From Octopus vulgaris (Eukaryota), in assembly GCA_951406725.2 (NCBI GenBank), contig OX597817.1, positions 60,388,001 to 60,452,000 of the forward strand: DNA of 64,000 nt, given 5' to 3'. The notes under the pieces were generated by a model that saw only the letters and a program-made list of their open reading frames with translations, had not been told where the DNA came from and searched no databases. The translations under genes were made by a program, and so were the position numbers. Positions 57,647 to 64,000 of the stretch are shown in pieces. The stretch's first letter is position 1. Every line of letters begins with the position of its first letter.

Positions 57647-58515
57647 TGTTGTTTTGAGTGTAATGGAGGTGCTAGATTCCCTTGTTCGAAAATGTAAGGA
57701 CACGGATCGTGTCGTGTGGCCAGCTGGGGACGATGTCTCCTGGGGCTAAATCACAGCAACATTCGTCCTAAACCAGGATAGCCATGTTATGTTGGCAAAC
57801 AATCTTTGCTCCAAAGTACTGTTGCTGATTATCTCTCGTTGTGAGATTTAAAAATAGTAATAAAGAATAATGTCCTGTTGACCATATTGATGTGGTCAAC
57901 TGGACGTCATCATCTTCAATTCTGGACGTCGTTGTCTTGACGCCTAGGAATCATTGCGCCAGTTCGCTGGTTGCCATGCTGTATAAGTGACCATGCTCTC
58001 TGAATGGAGCGCTGGTCCCTCGCAATCTGAGTGGACTGGAGGAATATGAAATGAAGTGTTTTGCTTAAGAACACGATGCATTATCTAGTTAGGGAATCGA
58101 AACCGTTACCTTGCGTCCGTGAGTGCCACACTTCAACCACAAGGCCACACGCCTTCTCCTCAAATGGACATCATCATCAATCGGACAGTTAGATATATCG
58201 AGAGTTAGCGATGGTAATTAGCCGATCGATCGGCTCATTTCTAAACTAATCCGTTAATGTAATTAAGTAAGCAATTACAAACGCCTTGGGTTCATACAAC
58301 AACATTAATTATCCATTTCACTATCACCCCCCCCCATCAATATCATCATCACTGTCGTCCTCCTCTTCATCGTCAGCAGCACCGGCAGCATCAGCAGCAA
58401 CAGCAGCAGCACCAATAACAGCAGTGGCACATCGTAATTTCCATCATAATCATAGTCATCATCTTCTTCTTCATTTTCTTCTTCTTCTTCTTCTTCTTCT
58501 TCTTCTTCTTCTTCT

Positions 58516-58571
<56 letters not shown>

Positions 58572-59109
58572 TTCTTCTTCTTCTTCTTCTTCGTCGTCGT
58601 CGTCTTCTTCTTCTTCTTCTTTGTCGTCGTCGTCGTCGTCTTCTTCTTCTTCTTCTTCTTCTTCTTCTTCTTCTCCTCTTCCTTCTCCTCCTCCTCCTCC
58701 TCCTCCTCCTCCTCCTCATCATCATCATCAGCATCCTCATCATCATCATTAATAATAGTAGTAGTAGTAGTAGTAGCACTGGAAGAAGCAGTGCCATGTG
58801 CCGAACGCTCACCGCCAGCGTCCCTCGCCTTCAAAACCGCGCTTTTCCTGTGGTGAATTCGTTATTTTTGTTACATTTCCAGGTATTTCCCGAAATGAAA
58901 TTGTGGTTATTGCTTTAAATGAAGTTTAAAACTAATAATAGTAATTTCACGGATGATTGAATAAGCCCTCAGGTAAAATTTAAATAGCAAGTCATTATGC
59001 ATGCATATTTATATGATATCTATATAGACACACATATGCATATATTAAAAGGCATATATACATACATATATACATACATACATACATGCATGCATGCATA
59101 TGTATATAA

Positions 59110-59616
59110 CCAACAACCTATAACACTTGGAGAGAACAAATAGAATATGAACAACCACCAACACATAACACTGGACATCCTAAAGGGACACACACATGGA
59201 ACAATATACAAATGGATAGAAATCAACATATAACCTACAACAAACATCGAGGAAATCGAAACCACTCAAACACCAACAACATGCAACCCCACAAATTTAC
59301 AAGATGGATAAAAAACAACTCCCACTATCAATACAATACAAACACAATACATGAACCATCCACCTACCCACAAAGAAACTTGAACCCCAGTAATAGATAT
59401 TGGCTCAACAAACATAGAAGATGGGAAGAAAACAACTACCAAAGACAAAACAACACATACAGACCACACAGACCATCCCATCTACAAGAAAACCTAAGAA
59501 CTGAAAATGGAATTTGGAGACGTAACAACACAACCCATTTTTTAGGGAGAGGATACTTCAACCATACTCCAGACCCAATACACCAAAAATTCCGGATGAA
59601 CTCACAAAACACATAG
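59110..59616 (+). CDS. C-terminal remnant of PLE upstream ORF (low-complexity N/T/H/Q/R-rich, contains HFLGRG)
   Basis: Frame is open from 59110 to the TAG at 59614-59616, has the same A/C-rich composition as the RT region, and overlaps the RT frame by ~90 nt. Confidence 0.55.
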   Translation, partial: PTTYNTWREQIEYEQPPTHNTGHPKGTHTWNNIQMDRNQHITYNKHRGNRNHSNTNNMQPHKFTRWIKNNSHYQYNTNTIHEPSTYPQRNLNPSNRYWLNKHRRWEENNYQRQNNTYRPHRPSHLQENLRTENGIWRRNNTTHFLGRGYFNHTPDPIHQKFRMNSQNT

Positions 59617-61850
59617 ACCCCAAAATAATAAACTTATCTAAAAGAGAACTTGACAAAAATGAAATGAACCTACTACTAAAAGGCCTCAAATTTACACCTA
59701 CACCCACTCCAAACCTCATAGAACTAAAAACTGATATAGACAACTTCAGCTGCTACCTCCGCCTTATGGAATTCTTTGAAAATAAAGAAACAGAAGATAA
59801 CTCAATCATAAGAAAAAAATCCCACTTCACCCCTTACAAGGGAAGTAACAAACACCTTGACACATACATAGAAACAATATCAAAATTCCCTCTCCACACA
59901 CACAAATGCAAACAGAATCTCCGCAGAGAAGAAAAACAAGCCCTACAAAAACTGAAAAATGACAAATCAATCATTATAAAAGAAGCTGACAAAGGTGGAG
60001 CAATAGTAATTATGGACACAGATTACTACAAAGAAAAGATACTGGAGTTACTGAACAACCAGACATATTACAAAGAGGAACCAACACCACCGGAGAAAAC
60101 AACAATAAAAAAAATTAGAACTTTAGTCAATGAATATCAGGACTCCTTTACAGATAAAGAGAAAGACTATATATGCAACTCACAAACCATAGAAAGCAAC
60201 TTTTATGGATTACCTAAAATTCATAAAAGCTCTGAAATACAGAGAGCCATAAAGGAACAGAGGAACCACTATATAAGAGTACAAAGGCCTGCAGACCTCA
60301 CAATGAGACCAATAGTGGCAGGACCCCAGGCACCAACAAACAACTAAGCCACTTCATAGATATACTCCTCAAACCTTTATGCCCACAGATACCAAGCTAC
60401 ATAAGGGATGACATAGACTTCCTCACACACATTCCAAATACAGTCCCGAAAACACCATACTTGCAAGCTTTGATGTCACAAATCTATACACAAACATACC
60501 ACACACCCTAGGTCTAGAAACTATAAAACAATCAATAGAAAAATACAGAGAACTTATAGACGAACGCTTCAAGACAAACTTTATCACCCAAGCCACCCAA
60601 CTAATACTCGAAGAAAACACATTCTCATTCAACAACAAGATATACCGACAGATAAAAGGCACAGCTATGGGTACAAAATTCGCACCTTCATATGCCAACC
60701 TGGTGATGGGTTTCCTGGAGAAAAAACTATATGATGAAATAGGGAAAGTCTTCGAACACGACTTCAGAGAAGACATCAAGAAAAAGTGGAAACGCTACCT
60801 CGATGACTGCTTCATCTTTTGGAACAGATCAGAAGAGGACCTACAAACATTCCACAACATCCTCAATACGCTGCACCCAACTATCAATTTCACAATAGAT
60901 ACCAGCCACAACGAACTCCCCTTCCTAGACATCAACATCAAAATACACAACTCCATCGTCACTACAGACATCCACTACAAAAAAACTGACACACATCAAT
61001 ACTTAAATTTCCACCCCTGCCACCCATCCCACACAAAAAGAAACATCCCATATAGTATGGCACGACGAATATGTAGCATAGTAACTGATTCACAAATACG
61101 ACTAATAAGACTAGATGAACTCAAAAACTTCCTCCTAGAGCAAAAATACCCCCTTAAACTAATAGAAAATGGAATCACAAGAGCATTAAAACTAGACATC
61201 GCACAACTCAGGACACCCAAAACAAAAACAAAGAAAACACTATCCCTTTTATAAACACACACAACCCTGGAGTTACCAACATCTTCCAAACCATACATTC
61301 AAACCTACCAATAGCCTTACAAAGCCCCAAAATGAAAAACATATTAAACAAATATAGCATAAAAAACAGTAGACGACAGGACAAAAACCTAAAAAAACAC
61401 CTAACAAGAGCGAAATTCTCTTCAGAAACTAAAACGGAATTATTTGCAAAAGAGTGCGGAGATGGTAGATGTGGGATCTGCAGCAACCCCACCTACAAAT
61501 ACATAGAGGGTAACAGAGAGATGAGATTTAAAAATGGTGACATATTCAAAGTAAATGCAGATATGAACTGCAAGACGCAGAACGTCATATACTGCATAAC
61601 CTGCCCCACGTGCAAGGAGAATTACGTAGGTGAAACTGGTAATTCTTTGTGCCAGCGAGCCAGGATTCACCGACAACATATTCGGCAGGAAGAACTACGC
61701 AAAATACCACTAAGTACACACCTAGCTACATGTGGAGAAGGAAAATTTAAGATCTTTCCCTTCTACAAGTGTCCGAAGAACGACACCTCCTTCAGGAGGA
61801 ATATGGAAAAATATTTCATAGCTAAGTTCTCCCCCAAATTAAATGGCTGA
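59526..61850 (+). pseudogene. PLE polyprotein: reverse transcriptase + Cys-rich linker + GIY-YIG endonuclease, interrupted by three -1 frameshifts (~60343, ~60446, ~61232)
   Basis: Joined frames read IINLS..LLLKGLKFTPTP, IKEADKGGAIVIMD, FYGLPKIHK, RPIVAG, ASFDVTNLYTNIPH, QIKGTAMGTKFAPSYANLVMG, WKRYLDDCF, LPFLDI, YLNFHPCHPSHTK, CGDGRCGIC, NVIYCITCPTCKENYVGET..RARIH. These are PLE RT, thumb and GIY-YIG signatures. Confidence 0.95.
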
Positions 61851-61865
61851 AACTTTACTCAACAT

Positions 61866-62137
61866 ACATTGAAGGACAAATCTTTCGATTTACAATATAA
61901 TATAGTAGAACATTTAATATATATGTGTGTATATATATATATATATAGGTGTGTGTGTATATATATGTTACCTGTTATATACATTATATTGTTTTTGTAA
62001 TTTACTTGATCTTTACTTGCCAATTGTCATTCTAATTTTAACCTTCCTATGATATGCAATTTTCAAGATGGTGTAATTTGATTGTTCATTTTGATTCGAT
62101 AGCAGGTGGGTTTTTTTCTAATATTTCATGTGTAAGC

Positions 62138-62196
<59 letters not shown>

Positions 62197-62467
62197 CATT
62201 GAAGGACGCATCTTTCGATTTACAATCTAATATAGTAGAACATTTAGTATATGTCTGTATGTGTATATATATATATCTGTGTATGTATATATATATATTG
62301 CCTGTTATATACATTATATTATTATCTTTATAATTTACTTCCATCTTTACTTTTTAATTGTCACTTTAATTTTAACTTTCCTATGATATACAATTTTCAA
62401 GATGGTGTAATTTGGTTGTTCATTTTGAACCGATCAAAGGTTTTTTTTCAAATATTTTATGTATAAG
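61866..62467 (+). repeat. Imperfect ~270-bp tandem duplication in the PLE 3' region
   Basis: ACATTGAAGGAC..TCTTTCGATTTACAAT.. at 61866 and again at 62196, separated by (TA)n. Confidence 0.9.
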
Positions 62468-62910
62468 TCTGTGTATATATATGTAGTGGTATAAATATCA
62501 ACACACAAAAATTTGTTTTTCTCCTCCATTTCCTCCCTTATTTTTATTTTTATTTTTATTTTTATTTTCCCTTTTCTCTTTTTGTCTCTCTCTCCTTCTC
62601 CAAACACACAGAGACACACACACACACACGCACACAAACACACACGGACACACAGAGACACACACACACACCTCCACAAAACGATCATACAAAGTAGAAG
62701 AGTTCTTAGACCCCAAATGGCATTTGACCATCCTCAAAATCATAAAAGGTGTAATTTATGGCCTGCCTACCCACCAACACACACTCAGTGACACCAAAAT
62801 GGACAAAAAGCTAAAATTCTTAGAACTCCCTTGGGGGTCCAGCAGGCCAAAGGAAATCTTTCTTCTTCTTCCCTCTCCCTTCCCCTCTTTCTCTTTAGCC
62901 TCAGATACAA

Positions 62911-62956
<46 letters not shown>

Positions 62957-63654
62957 ATACTCACATGTTCTCTCTCTCACTTCCTCCTCATCCACTTCAC
63001 CCTCTTGTACTGTCTTGTCCCTCCTCACTACTACCAAACTCTATAAAATGATTAAATTCCCCACAAAGGAATTATTTTGATTTGATAACCCCACTAGAAA
63101 GGGAGAAAGCGCTAATAATCTGAATGATATGATCTGAAAATGATATGATATATATATGTAAAAAATGTAATATATAAATAAATATCTATAAATATGAACC
63201 ATCCGATCTTCTGATTACCTCATTTCTTCTAATATATAATACCTGTACATCATCTCTAAACCTTCCAATATATATATATATATATAAGTATGTGTGTGTA
63301 CGTGTTCGAATAGCAGAGTGTTACACCTGTTAATTAACCAAAGCATGATTAGTTATACTTTGGTCAATTATTAAAGGCGTCCTTTGCCAATTAAAGGCAT
63401 AAATATTAAATTAGTATATTATAATCTTCACAGAGTGAACGAATCAATACGCATGACCAGCCTTTACAGTACTTTCCATTCAAAAGCCGTTTGTTCCCAT
63501 TATTCTTTGTATTTGATTCTTTGCATTCTTTACCGCCAACTCCCCGAATACATACCAAACATTCTGCCTCATTAATGGATTAGCATCCATCATACCAACA
63601 CCATCATGCTACATACAGCGGCGAAATGTACATATTATAACACTGTAGCGTTTT

Positions 63655-63765
63655 ATGTAACCTGATGAGGTTTCTTCTGCATTGTGGAGTGCATTTGATT
63701 CCATTATATCGTTTCCTACCCACAAGGGAGCAGTGCAGATGTAAGCCGAAACGATTGTCGTGCTA
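63655..63765 (+). ncRNA. Type-I hammerhead ribozyme, PLE-associated, with long stem II
   Basis: CTGATGA (63662) GGTTT..TCTGCATTG / CAGTGCAGA..AAGCC GAAAC GATT GTC (63759). Stem I is weak. Confidence 0.7.
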
Positions 63766-64000
63766 AATAAAGCTTGCAGTACACTCCATCTTCCCTATTA
63801 ATTATTAAAAATATACCAAACGTGCACCGACGTAATCCTTACGTAGATCCTGCGACTAAAGTACAGGTGGCCGTATGGAGTGAACGTACTCCCAAGGCAC
63901 ACTACTAGGGACATATCAAAGACAGAGTTTGGATGCTATATTTTAAAGTTCCCTATCTAAACTTTAATTTTAAAGACAGCCTAACGGTCATTTTCATAGC

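Larger units (their letters stand above)
57385..57812. repeat. 428-bp imperfect palindrome
   Basis: GGAG..AAGATTGTTT..CCTGGTTTAGGACGAATGTTGCTGT is mirrored by ACAGCAACATTCGTCCTAAACCAGG..AAACAATCTT..CTCC. Centre AATAATTATT. Confidence 0.97.
59108..63790 (+). mobile_element. Penelope-like retroelement (GIY-YIG type, probably Neptune-like), 5'-truncated, with long 3' region ending in a hammerhead
   Basis: RT and GIY-YIG motifs at 59664-61850, upstream N/T/H/Q-rich ORF, begins at a TA/CATA microsatellite, HHR motif at 63662-63759 followed by AATAAA. The 3' boundary and clade assignment are inferred. Confidence 0.88.

Noticed and set aside
59536-59550. HIV-like TTTTTTAGGGA as viral or vector contamination
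   Set aside because: The match is limited to the slippery motif; the surrounding sequence is PLE.
61848-61850. TGA at the end of the PLE ORF as possible selenocysteine recoding
   Set aside because: It falls at the normal C-terminus after PKLN; no in-frame TGA at conserved Cys positions and no evident SECIS.

Overview
Repeat-dense, AT-rich eukaryotic non-coding DNA. The SINE and microsatellite repertoire points to an octopus or other coleoid cephalopod (inference). No host protein-coding gene is supported: nearly all ORFs in the track are translated microsatellites. Recognisable content: (i) a 5'-truncated but near-intact Penelope-like retroelement (PLE; RT, Cys linker and GIY-YIG endonuclease, 59.1-63.8 kb); (ii) many tRNA-derived SINEs of at least four families; (iii) R4/Dong-type, RTE-type and Tc1/mariner fragments; (iv) five long fold-back palindromes plus one shorter one. 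Main finding: about 17 minimal type-I hammerhead ribozyme (HHR) motifs, intact to decayed, are scattered on both strands. Most have palindromic stem-III sequences and an unpaired base at the foot of stem II. They occur in short non-autonomous elements, in a 397-nt retrozyme-like unit, back-to-back inside several palindromes, and downstream of the PLE. The PLE also has an in-phase T_TTT_TTA slippery heptamer joining an upstream ORF to the RT frame, a candidate programmed -1 frameshift. All structures were folded by eye; none were computed or tested.
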